Assembly (NCBI GenBank): GCA_937925545.1
Contig: CALALR010000040.1
Coordinates: 125,258 to 149,257 of the forward strand
Source of the DNA: an uncultured Planctomycetaceae bacterium
GTDB lineage: Bacteria > Planctomycetota > Planctomycetia > Pirellulales > Lacipirellulaceae
Direction of reading: 5' to 3'
DNA: 24,000 bases
Under the pieces are notes generated by a model, which was not told the DNA's origin, made no database searches, and saw nothing but the letters and a program-made list of their open reading frames with translations. Below, piece after piece: positions 1 to 8,444 of the stretch (its first letter is position 1; each line of letters opens with the position of its first letter). A program made the translations under genes and the position numbers.

Positions 1-104
1 CGATGCGCATCGAAGCAGTCCTGCGCGATGAGAATTTGTGCCATCTGCTGAGCGACGAGGGTCCTATCCTGGAAGCAGTTTATCAATCCCCGAAGTCTAG
101 GTAA
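1..104 (+). CDS. 3' end of an unidentified CDS truncated by the left window edge
   Basis: The reading frame starting at nt 3 is open from the edge to TAA at 102-104 (..RIEAVLRDENLCHLLSDEGPILEAVYQSPKSR*). The other two + frames close at 29-31 and 49-51. The fragment is too short to assign a family. Confidence 0.3.
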   Translation, partial: MRIEAVLRDENLCHLLSDEGPILEAVYQSPKSR

Positions 105-121
105 GTGGAGACGCGTGCTCA

Positions 122-1603
122 ATGAACCGTAGGAATTCTCATCTTAGTTATGTGATTTTGGTTTTAGGCTGCTTTACTCTATGCCCAATTCAGTTATCTC
201 GTGCAGATGAAGAGGGCAACGCGGAACTTCCCAACATCGTCATAATTTTCATCGACGACCTGGGATACGCCGATATTGGTCCGTTCGGGGCGAAGGATTA
301 TCCCACACCCAACTTGGATCGAATGGCACAGGAGGGCCGCATTTTCACGGATTTCGTTGCTGCAACCGCGGTCTGCTCGGCTTCCCGGGCAGCCCTGCTC
401 ACAGGATGTTATCCCGAGCGCGTGAGTATCCTGGGTGCATTGCACCCCAACGCGAAAATCGGCATCAATCCGGACGAGTTGACTTTGGCTGAGATCTGTA
501 AACAGCGCGGTTATGCGACTGCGATTTTCGGTAAATGGCATCTTGGCCATTTGCGACCGTTCTTGCCGCTACAACATGGGTTCGATGAGTATTTCGGTCT
601 CCCCTATTCCAATGACATGTGGCCCTTGCATCCAGAGTATGTTAATCTTCCTCCCGAGAAAGCAGATCGTAAGAAGGGTTTTCCTGACCTGCCGCTATTT
701 GACGGCAATCGCATTGCCGATGAAGAGGTAACTGCTGCAGATCAAGCCCAACTGACGACCCTCTATACCGAGCGAGCAGTCAGTTTTATCGATCGCAATG
801 CGGAGCATCCATTTTTTCTCTACGTTCCGCACACCATGGTGCACGTGCCATTGTTCGTATCAGAGAAGTTTGCCGGCAAGAGTGGTGCAGGCCTCTTCGG
901 CGACGTTGTGATGGAAGTTGACTGGTCTGTGGGACAAATTCTCGACGCCATATCGCGGAACAAGCTCGACGAGAAAACGCTGGTGATTTTTACCTCCGAT
1001 AATGGACCTTGGCTGAATTATGGCAATCACGCCGGTTCAGCCAAACCTCTTCGCGAGGGAAAGGGGACCATGTTCGAGGGAGGTTATCGAGAGCCGTGCG
1101 TCATGCGTTGGACCAGCATGATTCCTGCAGGGACTCAATGTGACGAGCTGGCATCGACCATCGATCTTGTGCCCACGATTGCCGAACTGATCGGCGTCGA
1201 ATTTCCCGACGAACGCGTTATTGATGGCAAGAACATTTGGCCGCTAATCTCCGGCGAACCAGATGCGAAAAGTCCCCATGACATTTTTTATTGTTACTAC
1301 GGAGGAGAACTCCACGCGGTCCGTGACCGCCGCTGGAAACTGCATTTCCCCCATGGCTACCGAACTCTGGCAGGTAAACCGGGCGGCAAGGACGGAACAC
1401 CCGTGCCCTATAGCCACCAGAAAACAGGCTTAGAGTTGTACGATTTGAAGCGTGATGTGGGTGAGACACGCAACGTTGTCCGCCAGCATCCTGACATCGC
1501 CACCCGTTTAACCAAAGGTGCCGAGACAGCCCGTGCTGCCCTCGGTGACAAACTGACCAATCGCGAAGGTGCAGAAATCCGCCCGGCTGGAATGAGTGAA
1601 TAG
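122..1603 (+). CDS. Secreted sulfatase (arylsulfatase family, Cys-type formylglycine enzyme)
   Basis: 493-aa ORF with ATG at 122 and GGAG at 107-110. It has an N-terminal hydrophobic signal-like segment (SYVILVLGCFTLCPIQLSRA). Sulfatase hallmarks can be read directly: IIFIDDLGYAD metal-binding block, C-S-A-S-R-AALLTG (CxAxR formylglycine motif), GKWHLG and TSDNGP. Confidence 0.93.
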   Translation: MNRRNSHLSYVILVLGCFTLCPIQLSRADEEGNAELPNIVIIFIDDLGYADIGPFGAKDYPTPNLDRMAQEGRIFTDFVAATAVCSASRAALLTGCYPERVSILGALHPNAKIGINPDELTLAEICKQRGYATAIFGKWHLGHLRPFLPLQHGFDEYFGLPYSNDMWPLHPEYVNLPPEKADRKKGFPDLPLFDGNRIADEEVTAADQAQLTTLYTERAVSFIDRNAEHPFFLYVPHTMVHVPLFVSEKFAGKSGAGLFGDVVMEVDWSVGQILDAISRNKLDEKTLVIFTSDNGPWLNYGNHAGSAKPLREGKGTMFEGGYREPCVMRWTSMIPAGTQCDELASTIDLVPTIAELIGVEFPDERVIDGKNIWPLISGEPDAKSPHDIFYCYYGGELHAVRDRRWKLHFPHGYRTLAGKPGGKDGTPVPYSHQKTGLELYDLKRDVGETRNVVRQHPDIATRLTKGAETARAALGDKLTNREGAEIRPAGMSE

Positions 1604-1629
1604 AGTATTTTTTGCACTGCGAAAACTCG

Positions 1630-2913
1630 TTATGTTACTCGCTCCAAAATCAAAGGCCCGACGGTGGGTTTTTCATCAGCAATCTCAATCGCCGCGAGCA
1701 GCATCGCTCGTCCTTCGTCGGCGACGTCTGTCGGGGCAAATAGCCGAGCAAGTGGTTGATTCGTTTCGACCTGATCGCCAAGCCGGACCAGCATTTCGAA
1801 TCCCGTTGAGAGGTCCAATTCGTCTCCCAGTTGCTTGCGACCACCCCGCATGGCGATGACTGCCTGGCCGAGTTTCTCGGCGTTCATAGATGCCACGAAG
1901 CCGCTACGTTCGGCTGGCACATCGCTTGCCGGTGAGACCTTGCGTGGTACGTCCAAGTTTCCGCCTTGAGCGGCGACCATTTCGGCGAATTTCGCACGGG
2001 CCGCCCCGGAGTCTATAGTCTCTTGCAACTTCTGACGGGCTAAGCTGAGGGAGTCCGCCCGCTTGGTGGAGACCAAAAGCTCTGCCCCCAGGGCAAGCGT
2101 CACTTCCATCAAATCAGCCGGGCCCTGGCCTTCCAACGCAGCCACCGATTCGTCCACTTCGACCGCGTTGCCCACCATGCGGCCAAGGGGTTGATTCATG
2201 TCTGTGAGCACTGCGGTAGTCGAGACGTTCATTCTCCGGCCTGTTGCGACCATCGACTCAGCCAGCTCGCGTGCAAGCTCGGCCGTTTTCATGAACGCTC
2301 CGCTGCCGAACTTTACGTCGAGCACCAAAGCCTCGAGCCCCTCGGCCAGCTTCTTGCTCATGATGCTCCCCGTGATGAGCGGAATCGAGGGGACCGTGGC
2401 GGTCACATCGCGCAAGGCATACAACTTACGATCGGCGGGGACAAGATCGGCAGTGGCCCCGCTGATCACGCAGCCTACTTTGTTCACGACAGAGCGCATC
2501 TCATCCATCGAGAGATCCGTGCGAAATCCCGGGATCGACTCAAGTTTATCGAGCGTGCCCCCTGTGGCACCCAATCCGCGACCCGAGATCATCGGCACCT
2601 GCAGATCGCAACAGGCCAACATAGGCGCAAGTGGCAGCGAGACTTTGTCGCCAATTCCCCCGGTCGAGTGCTTGTCGACTTTTGGCAGTCCGCCTGCGGG
2701 CCACTCAAAGCGGGCTCCCGACGCCAGCATGTTGTCCGTCAGAGCCGCAATTTCTGCAGTGGTCATGCCACGCAGATAAATTGCCATCGCCATGGCCGAC
2801 ATCTGATAGTCGGGTACATCTCCCCGCGCATAACCGGTAATAAAATCACCAATTTCAACCGGGCTAAGTTCCTCACCATCGCGTTTCTTGGCAATTGTCC
2901 AGACTGGGTTCAT
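1630..2913 (-). CDS. deoA: Thymidine / pyrimidine-nucleoside phosphorylase
   Basis: 427 aa with an ATG start (cat at 2911-2913). N-terminal block KKRDGEELSPVEIGDFITGYARGDVPDYQMSAMAMAIYLRGM, HSTGGIGDKVSL and GRGLGATGGTLDKLESIPG are characteristic of the DeoA/Pdp family. Confidence 0.93.
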   Translation of the reverse strand: MNPVWTIAKKRDGEELSPVEIGDFITGYARGDVPDYQMSAMAMAIYLRGMTTAEIAALTDNMLASGARFEWPAGGLPKVDKHSTGGIGDKVSLPLAPMLACCDLQVPMISGRGLGATGGTLDKLESIPGFRTDLSMDEMRSVVNKVGCVISGATADLVPADRKLYALRDVTATVPSIPLITGSIMSKKLAEGLEALVLDVKFGSGAFMKTAELARELAESMVATGRRMNVSTTAVLTDMNQPLGRMVGNAVEVDESVAALEGQGPADLMEVTLALGAELLVSTKRADSLSLARQKLQETIDSGAARAKFAEMVAAQGGNLDVPRKVSPASDVPAERSGFVASMNAEKLGQAVIAMRGGRKQLGDELDLSTGFEMLVRLGDQVETNQPLARLFAPTDVADEGRAMLLAAIEIADEKPTVGPLILERVT

Positions 2914-2933
2914 AACAAACTTGAGGCTAGAGG

Positions 2934-3758
2934 TTAATCGAGTGATGCAACAACTGCTTGCACAATCCGGGTCACTTTCTCCGTGGCCAACTTTGCCGCA
3001 ACGATCACGTCGTGCCCACTGGTTCCGTTGGGTGCATCCGGCGAGCCGACGTTGGTGATGGTGGACAAACCCAAAACGCGCATGCCGGCGTGGCAGGCAG
3101 CGATTACTTCGGGCACTGTGGACATGCCAACGGCGTCGGCCCCCAGATGACGAGCCATGCGATATTCAGCACGTGTCTCGTAAGTCGGCCCCAGCATGGC
3201 CAGGTACACACCTCGATGCAACACAAAATCTGCACGACGTGCCACCTCAATGGCGATCTCCATGAGTACGCGATCATAAGGAGAAGACATGTCAGGAAAA
3301 CGGGGTCCCAGGTTGTCGTCATTGACGCCGATGAGCGGATTGTCGAACAGCAGGTTCATATGATCGTCGATCACCATGACATCCCCTACGGCATATCTTG
3401 GATTCACCCCACCGGCGGCATTCGAAACGATCAAGGTGTCGGCACCCAAGGCACGGGTAAGCCTCGCGGGAAGGGCTGCTTGCTGAGCACTGTAGCCTTC
3501 ATACAAATGAAATCGACCTTGAAATGCGATCACAGGTACATCCGACAAGCGGCCACAAGTGAGATGTCCCTTGTGCCCCAAAGCCGTCGTGCGGGGAAAG
3601 TGGGGAATATCGCTGTATTCAATCGTGTGCTCGACGGCAATTTCGTCAGCCAGACCTGCCAAGCCGGAACCAAGCATGATTCCAGCACGGGGCGTGACAT
3701 CCCAAAAATGGCGGACAGCGGCGGCAGCAGCAGTGATTTGTTGGGCTACTTCTTGCAT
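2934..3758 (-). CDS. punA: Purine nucleoside phosphorylase, trimeric (PNP/MTAP) family, Asn-type (6-oxopurine-like)
   Basis: 274 aa with ATG at 3758, 3 nt after the stop (TAG, 3762-3764) of the upstream paralog. Blocks QGRFHLYEGY, VSNAAGGVNP, GPRFPDMSSPYD, GPTYETRAEY and GADAVGMSTVPEVIAACHAG line up with mammalian/bacterial trimeric PNP. The base-contact strand reads LSTITN. Confidence 0.93.
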   Translation of the reverse strand: MQEVAQQITAAAAAVRHFWDVTPRAGIMLGSGLAGLADEIAVEHTIEYSDIPHFPRTTALGHKGHLTCGRLSDVPVIAFQGRFHLYEGYSAQQAALPARLTRALGADTLIVSNAAGGVNPRYAVGDVMVIDDHMNLLFDNPLIGVNDDNLGPRFPDMSSPYDRVLMEIAIEVARRADFVLHRGVYLAMLGPTYETRAEYRMARHLGADAVGMSTVPEVIAACHAGMRVLGLSTITNVGSPDAPNGTSGHDVIVAAKLATEKVTRIVQAVVASLD

Positions 3759-3761
3759 CGC

Positions 3762-4598
3762 CTATTTGCCCTTCGACCGTTCATGAGCCAAGATTCCCAG
3801 CACGAGGGCACGCAGTTTGGGCTCGGCAGAGTTGGCCACAGCGATGATCTCTTCGACATTTGCGGGCTCGAGGCAGTCGGGTAAACACATGTCGGTTACC
3901 ACCGACAGGCCGAACACCCGCATGCCACTATGTACGGCGACGATTACCTCTGGCACGGTCGACATTCCGACGACGTCGGCACCGATTTGCCGCAGAAATC
4001 GATATTCGGCCCGAGTTTCCAGATTCGGCCCGGTCACTGCCACCATCACCCCGCGTTGCACGGGGAAATCTTCCCGACGGGCAATCGCTTGGCCGGCGGC
4101 AATTAATTCAGGTGTGTAAGGTGCGCTCATGTCGGGAAATCTAGATCCCAGACGGTCGTCGTTGATACCGACCAAAGGATTGTCACCCATGAGGTTGATC
4201 TGATCGTCGATGATCATCACATCGCCAGGAACGTAATAAGGATTCAATCCCCCCACGGCATGCGTCACAATCAACAGGTCTGAACCCAGCGACTTCATCA
4301 CTCGCACGGGTAGCGTGATCTGTTGGAGGGGATAGCCTTCGTACTGATGAAAGCGGCCCTCCATCGCCATGACGGGGAGTCCTTCTAACATGCCGCAAAC
4401 CAGACGTCCCCGGTGACTGACTGCTGTTGAGCGGGGAAAGTGGGGGATTTTTTCATAATCAATCACCACCGCTTTTTCAATTCGATCGGCAAACCCACCC
4501 AGCCCCGTGCCCAGGATTATCCCCGCACGCGGAGTCAGGTCCCATTGCTCCCGAATCGCCTCAGCTGCCGCTTGGGCCTGATCGTATAGTTCTAACAT
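3762..4598 (-). CDS. Second purine-nucleoside-phosphorylase paralog (trimeric PNP/MTAP family), Asp-type
   Basis: The track ORF starts at a TTG (4646). The ATG at 4598 (MLELYDQAQAAAEAIREQW..) gives 278 aa, co-linear with the downstream paralog. Blocks EGRFHQYEGY, VTHAVGGLNP, GSRFPDMSAPY, GPNLETRAEY and GADVVGMSTVPEVIVAVHSG are present. The base-contact strand reads LSVVTD (Asp where the paralog has Asn). Confidence 0.9.
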   Translation of the reverse strand: MLELYDQAQAAAEAIREQWDLTPRAGIILGTGLGGFADRIEKAVVIDYEKIPHFPRSTAVSHRGRLVCGMLEGLPVMAMEGRFHQYEGYPLQQITLPVRVMKSLGSDLLIVTHAVGGLNPYYVPGDVMIIDDQINLMGDNPLVGINDDRLGSRFPDMSAPYTPELIAAGQAIARREDFPVQRGVMVAVTGPNLETRAEYRFLRQIGADVVGMSTVPEVIVAVHSGMRVFGLSVVTDMCLPDCLEPANVEEIIAVANSAEPKLRALVLGILAHERSKGK

Positions 4599-4716
4599 GT
4601 TGTAAATATCATTCTGATAGAAACAATGTGATGTAATTAAAAGCAAACGAAGTGCGAGACCAAAATTGGTGGGTAAGTGAATAGGTCAGGTCTCGTCTCA
4701 CTTGCTCACCCTCCAC

Positions 4717-5439
4717 CTAATACCCAGTCGAACTTTCGGCTTGGTGACCCCGTTCTCCTTGGGCAATGGCCAGGGTGCCGCTGGTACCTAAGCGACTGGC
4801 TCCTAATTCTACGAATCGCCGTGCATCGGCATAATTTCGAATCCCGCCAGAGGCCTTCACCTGTACTTTGTCACTCGTATGCTGGCACATCAGACGAATG
4901 TCATGCTCGGTGGCACCTGTCGCCTGGAGTGATCCATCCGCATTCTTTACAAAGCCAAAACCGGTGGACGTCTTCACAAAAGCTGCTCCTACTTCTTCGC
5001 AAATCTCACACAACTTGATTTTGAGTGCATCCTCGGGGAGCAGTCCTGTTTCGAAGATGACCTTGGTAATCACTCCTTCGGCAGATGCTGCTTCTACCAC
5101 TGCGGAGATGTCGGATTTCACAAAGGCCCAATCCTGCTGCAGTACCCGACCGATGTTGACGACCATATCAACTTCGCTGGCGCCCAACTGACAGGCGATC
5201 TCCGTTTCGCGAACTTTCGCACCGGTCATAGTTCCCCCGTGCGGAAAACCGATCACCGTGCTCGGAACAACGCTCGAACCAGCGAGCAATTCACTCGCTA
5301 GGGGAACCATCGCTGGCTTGACGCAAACGCTTGCCGTTCCTACCTCGATACACATCGAGCAGGCTTCTCGGAGATCTTCATCGGTTTGTGTTGGACTCAA
5401 CACGGCATGGTCAATTAGGGCGACAACTGATTGAGACAT
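4717..5439 (-). CDS. deoC: Deoxyribose-phosphate aldolase
   Basis: DeoC-like sequence: IDHAVLSPTQTDEDLREAC, ASVCVKP, GFPHG, DMVVNIG, FVKTSTGF and KASGGIR (Schiff-base Lys region). The track start at 5466 is TTG. The ATG at 5439 (MSQSVVALIDH) is more plausible and gives 240 aa. Confidence 0.92.
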   Translation of the reverse strand: MSQSVVALIDHAVLSPTQTDEDLREACSMCIEVGTASVCVKPAMVPLASELLAGSSVVPSTVIGFPHGGTMTGAKVRETEIACQLGASEVDMVVNIGRVLQQDWAFVKSDISAVVEAASAEGVITKVIFETGLLPEDALKIKLCEICEEVGAAFVKTSTGFGFVKNADGSLQATGATEHDIRLMCQHTSDKVQVKASGGIRNYADARRFVELGASRLGTSGTLAIAQGERGHQAESSTGY

Positions 5440-5500
5440 TTTGGATTCTCGAGGAACAAAGGACAATTAATGAAGCGATCCGCTTCGCCTCGAAGGGCTC

Positions 5501-5520
5501 GACGTCGCGTCGCGGCTAAC
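5501..5520 (+). repeat. Intergenic hairpin + GCGGCTAAC element (copy A, amn-like/deoC spacer, inverted relative to flanking genes)
   Basis: GACG-TCG-CGTC hairpin followed by GCGGCTAAC. The 14-mer GCGTCGCGGCTAAC (5507-5520) is identical to 21887-21900. It lies on the + strand while both neighbouring genes are on the minus strand. Confidence 0.65.
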
Positions 5521-5561
5521 AATTACTCCCGACTACGGGCAACTGACCACGGACTATAATC

Positions 5562-6335
5562 TTAATATCTAAAGTGCTTAATCTTTTCGCCTTTTTCACC
5601 GATCTCGGTGAGAGATTCGATGCCAATTTCCAAGTGAACGTCAGACCATTTCGTATCGACTTTAACATCGCTTACCTGGGTCTTAATGCCATGTTCGGAC
5701 ATTGGCAAATCCGACACGAGCAACAATGCTCCTCGGGATATTTCGTTCTTATGGCCCACAATAAAAAGTGTAGCGACTTCCATGTCGATTGCGATGGGTG
5801 TGTACTCCACGAGCCTGGCCTTGAAGTTTTCATCATGCTCCCAGACTCGTCGGTTCGTGGTGTAAATCACCCCTGTGCGATAATCAAGTTTGCGCTCCAC
5901 TAGTTTGTCTGACACAAACTTATGTAACTTGAATGATGGTAGGGCAGGGACCAGCTTTGGCAGATAGTCGTCGGAAGTTCCCTCACCTCGTATCGCACCA
6001 ATCGGCAGAATGAAATTGCCGATTTCAGTGGAGGTCTTGAGCCCACCACATTTGCCAAGAAACAACACCGCCTCGGGATGATAGGCCGTAAGTAAGTCCA
6101 TCACAGTCGCTGCATTTGGCGAACCAATGCCAAAATTGACGATTGTCAATCCATCTTCATTTGTCGCCGCCTGCATGGGGCGGTCTTCACCGTGCACTTC
6201 ACAATCAAATTTCTTAGCGAACTTGCTTACATAGGTACGGAAATTTGTCAGCAAGACATAATCACCAAACTTTTCGAGAGGCATCCCGGTGTAACGGGGG
6301 AGCCAATCTCTCGCGAGATCTAGTTTCGTGACCAT
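5562..6335 (-). CDS. Short AMP-nucleosidase-like protein (nucleoside phosphorylase superfamily; catalytic domain only)
   Basis: 257 aa with an ATG start. It aligns by eye to the C-terminal catalytic domain of E. coli Amn: LLTNFRTYVSKF / LFTNYQRYVDEF, GLTIVNFGIGSPNAATVMDLL..FLGKCGGLK / GITLVNIGVGPSNAKTICDHL..MIGHCGGLR, and AIDMEVATL / AIDMESATI. It lacks the roughly 220-aa N-terminal regulatory domain. Confidence 0.82.
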   Translation of the reverse strand: MVTKLDLARDWLPRYTGMPLEKFGDYVLLTNFRTYVSKFAKKFDCEVHGEDRPMQAATNEDGLTIVNFGIGSPNAATVMDLLTAYHPEAVLFLGKCGGLKTSTEIGNFILPIGAIRGEGTSDDYLPKLVPALPSFKLHKFVSDKLVERKLDYRTGVIYTTNRRVWEHDENFKARLVEYTPIAIDMEVATLFIVGHKNEISRGALLLVSDLPMSEHGIKTQVSDVKVDTKWSDVHLEIGIESLTEIGEKGEKIKHFRY

Positions 6336-6374
6336 TTTTATGCTGAATCCTTCCTGTTTCTCACTGCGGGATTT

Positions 6375-6857
6375 TTAGTAGGCTATTTTTTCCGGGCTTG
6401 CTTGCCACAAGGCAAATAATTCACGGCATTCTTCCAGCAACAAACCATCGATCAATCTAACGTGGCTGCCACCAATCCGCAGTAGCTCAGCTGCAGGCAT
6501 CTGAAGCTCGTTGAAGCCAGCAGTGTCGGCGTCAGCAATCGTGGCTCCATAGTACACGGTTCCCACGCGGGCCCAATGCAGAGCGGCCATGCACATCGGA
6601 CAAGGTTCGCAGGTGGTCGCTACAATGGCATCAGTCAGAAAAATATTATCGATCGTCTTGCAGCCAACTCGAATAGCATTTACTTCGGCATGAGCGGTGA
6701 TGTCCGTAGTCATGACGACCGTGTTATGTGCCCGCGCGATAACCTCGTCGCCGATAGCAATTGCACAACCAAAAGGACTCTGGCCGTGTGCAATTCCTTC
6801 ACGACAGGTGTCGATGGCAATTCGCATCAATTCAGCGGGTTCGATCATGGTTTGCAC
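6375..6857 (-). CDS. CDA-fold zinc deaminase, GuaD-like (probable guanine deaminase)
   Basis: 160 aa with zinc motifs HAEVNAI and CEPCPMC. It is close in layout to B. subtilis GuaD (PFGCAIAIGD.., TAHAEVNAIRVGCK, TTCEPCPMCMAALHWAR, AGFNE). The start is either GTG at 6857 or the in-frame ATG at 6848. TadA-type tRNA deaminase cannot be fully excluded. Confidence 0.78.
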   Translation of the reverse strand: MQTMIEPAELMRIAIDTCREGIAHGQSPFGCAIAIGDEVIARAHNTVVMTTDITAHAEVNAIRVGCKTIDNIFLTDAIVATTCEPCPMCMAALHWARVGTVYYGATIADADTAGFNELQMPAAELLRIGGSHVRLIDGLLLEECRELFALWQASPEKIAY

Positions 6858-7010
6858 AATAATCTGGAAGGATGATATAACTCCGTTGTCTACTCGTGAC
6901 AGGAGGGCGATACATCTAGATTAGCAGAGTTGGCAATGCGTCGCCTAGCGAAAATCCTTAACGGCATAGGTAGCTTCCGCAATTATTGGGTAAATCTCCA
7001 AGCGACTTTA

Positions 7011-7439
7011 TCAAAAATCGTCCGCAACTTTCCCTTCGGCGATGGCATAGGCCGTCGCATGGCTGCGGCAGTGGGAAATGCTGATATGCATTTTTACGAT
7101 GCCAGACTTCTCGAATACTTCGCGTGCTCCCCCACAAAGCGCGATCGTGGGCGCACCACCAGGCTGGTTGCGGATTTCAATATCTCTCCAACTAATTCCG
7201 CGACGCCATCCCGTGCCAAGCGCTTTGAGTACTGCTTCCTTCGCAGCCCACCGACCTGCGTAGTGCTGTGTTGCCGCCTTCTTAGTAGAGCAGTAGGCAA
7301 TCTCGTGGGACGTATAGACACGGTTGATAAACAACTCGCCATGGCGCTCGATCATTTGCGCTATTCGCAAGCACTCAATGATGTCTGTGCCGATGCCTAA
7401 GATTTGAAGTGCCACGGCTAATATCCCTTGAGTCCACAA
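7011..7439 (-). CDS. acpS: Holo-[acyl-carrier-protein] synthase
   Basis: [22 protein letters not shown] and ISISH blocks typical of AcpS. The ATG at 7439 overlaps the end of trpS by 22 nt. An alternative GTG at 7415 lies 2 nt after the trpS stop and gives a more typical N-terminus ([11 protein letters not shown]). Confidence 0.9.
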   Translation of the reverse strand: MWTQGILAVALQILGIGTDIIECLRIAQMIERHGELFINRVYTSHEIAYCSTKKAATQHYAGRWAAKEAVLKALGTGWRRGISWRDIEIRNQPGGAPTIALCGGAREVFEKSGIVKMHISISHCRSHATAYAIAEGKVADDF

Positions 7440-8386
7440 GCTTCTTGGGCACGCGAAAGGACCTCGGCTGCTTTCCGTCGGGCTGTCGTTGCACCCTTGG
7501 TAAGGATGTCTCTCACATCATCGGGTCGTTGCTGCCAATCATTGCGTCGTGAACGTGCCTCAGCAAAAAAGTTTTCCGCGGCTTCGGCGAGCTTTTTCTT
7601 TACGTCTCCGTAACCAAAACCGCCGCGTTGGTAAAGAGCTGCCAGCTCTTCACGATCACTTTCAGTTGCTACTAGTGAATAGAGCTGATATAGGACGTCG
7701 CTCTGAGGCTCTTTAGGTTCATCCATCGGGCGCGAGTCTGTGGCGATTCGCATGATCTGCTTCTTTTGCACTTTGGCGTCTTCGAATACTGCTAAGGTGT
7801 TGTTGTAACTCTTCGACATCTTTTCGCCATCAGTCCCTGGGACTCGAGCAGAACTGTCGAGCACCTTGGCCTTGGGCAGTACGAAAACTTCTCCGAAGTG
7901 ATGGTTGAAACTACCTGCGATGTCACGGCATACTTCGATATGTTGCACTTGATCTTCACCGACCGGCACAGTATCGCTGTCGTAAGCTAGAATGTCTGCA
8001 GCCTGCAATACCGGATAGGCGAACAACCCTGCGTCGGCAGTGAGCCCCTTGGCCTTCTTGTCCTTGTAGGCGTGGCAGCGTTCCAAAAGTCCCATCGGAG
8101 TGCCGGTCATGAGCAGCCAGCACAGCTCACTCACCTCAGGCACAGCCGATTGCACAAACAAGACAGCCTGATTGGGATCAAGTCCCAAAGCCAGTAAATC
8201 CATAGCCGCATCCAGTGAGTACTGGGCAAGCAATTGTTTGTCGCGCACCGTCGTCAAGGCATGCAAATTGGCAATGAAATAGTAAGCCTGATCCGCGTCC
8301 TGCAAGGCAATGTATTGCACAATTGCACCGAAATAATTTCCCCAATGGGGACGACCGGTAGGCTGGATTCCGCTCAAAACGCGCAT
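7418..8386 (-). CDS. trpS: Tryptophan--tRNA ligase
   Basis: 322 aa with an ATG start. It has a class I signature near the N-terminus ([18 protein letters not shown]), a KMSKS motif ([10 protein letters not shown]) and a GEDQVQHIE block typical of TrpS. Confidence 0.97.
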   Translation of the reverse strand: MRVLSGIQPTGRPHWGNYFGAIVQYIALQDADQAYYFIANLHALTTVRDKQLLAQYSLDAAMDLLALGLDPNQAVLFVQSAVPEVSELCWLLMTGTPMGLLERCHAYKDKKAKGLTADAGLFAYPVLQAADILAYDSDTVPVGEDQVQHIEVCRDIAGSFNHHFGEVFVLPKAKVLDSSARVPGTDGEKMSKSYNNTLAVFEDAKVQKKQIMRIATDSRPMDEPKEPQSDVLYQLYSLVATESDREELAALYQRGGFGYGDVKKKLAEAAENFFAEARSRRNDWQQRPDDVRDILTKGATTARRKAAEVLSRAQEACGLKGY

Positions 8387-8400
8387 AAAGTGAGTGATTT

Positions 8401-8444
8401 GTGGTTAGTGGTTAGTGGAACGCCGCGACCCAACGAGTCGCCGC
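8401..8444 (-). repeat. Intergenic hairpin + CTAACCA tandem element (copy C, pyrD-trpS spacer)
   Basis: The minus strand reads GCGAC-TCGTTGG-GTCGC, then GGCGTTCCA, then CTAACCA-CTAACCA-C. It lies between the pyrD stop (8449) and the trpS ATG (8386), with the same order of parts as copy B. Confidence 0.6.

Noticed and set aside
1609-1625. Possible bidirectional terminator between the convergent sulfatase and deoA genes
   Set aside because: Only a 7-bp stem can be drawn, mostly A-U with one G-U pair (TTTTTGC-ACT-GCGAAAA). That is too weak to call.
2958-3884. 308-aa + strand ORF, plus the 248-aa and 193-aa ORFs at 2191-2937
   Set aside because: They are antisense shadow ORFs lying exactly opposite well-supported deoA and PNP genes. 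One spans the boundary between two minus-strand genes. The translations are Arg/His/Gly-rich with no recognisable motif, which is typical of the reverse frame of moderately GC-rich coding DNA.
4599-4646. N-terminal extensions implied by the ORF track (4646 TTG, 5466 TTG, 13805 TTG, 18921 GTG, 19692 GTG)
   Set aside because: The extended residues are not homologous to the respective families. The internal ATGs give family-typical lengths. In the moaA case the internal ATG creates an ATGA overlap with the upstream stop. The 18921 start would lie inside a stable hairpin.
6930-7400. 156-aa + strand ORF (TTG start) opposite acpS
   Set aside because: It is the exact antisense frame of acpS. AcpS motifs are unambiguous on the minus strand.
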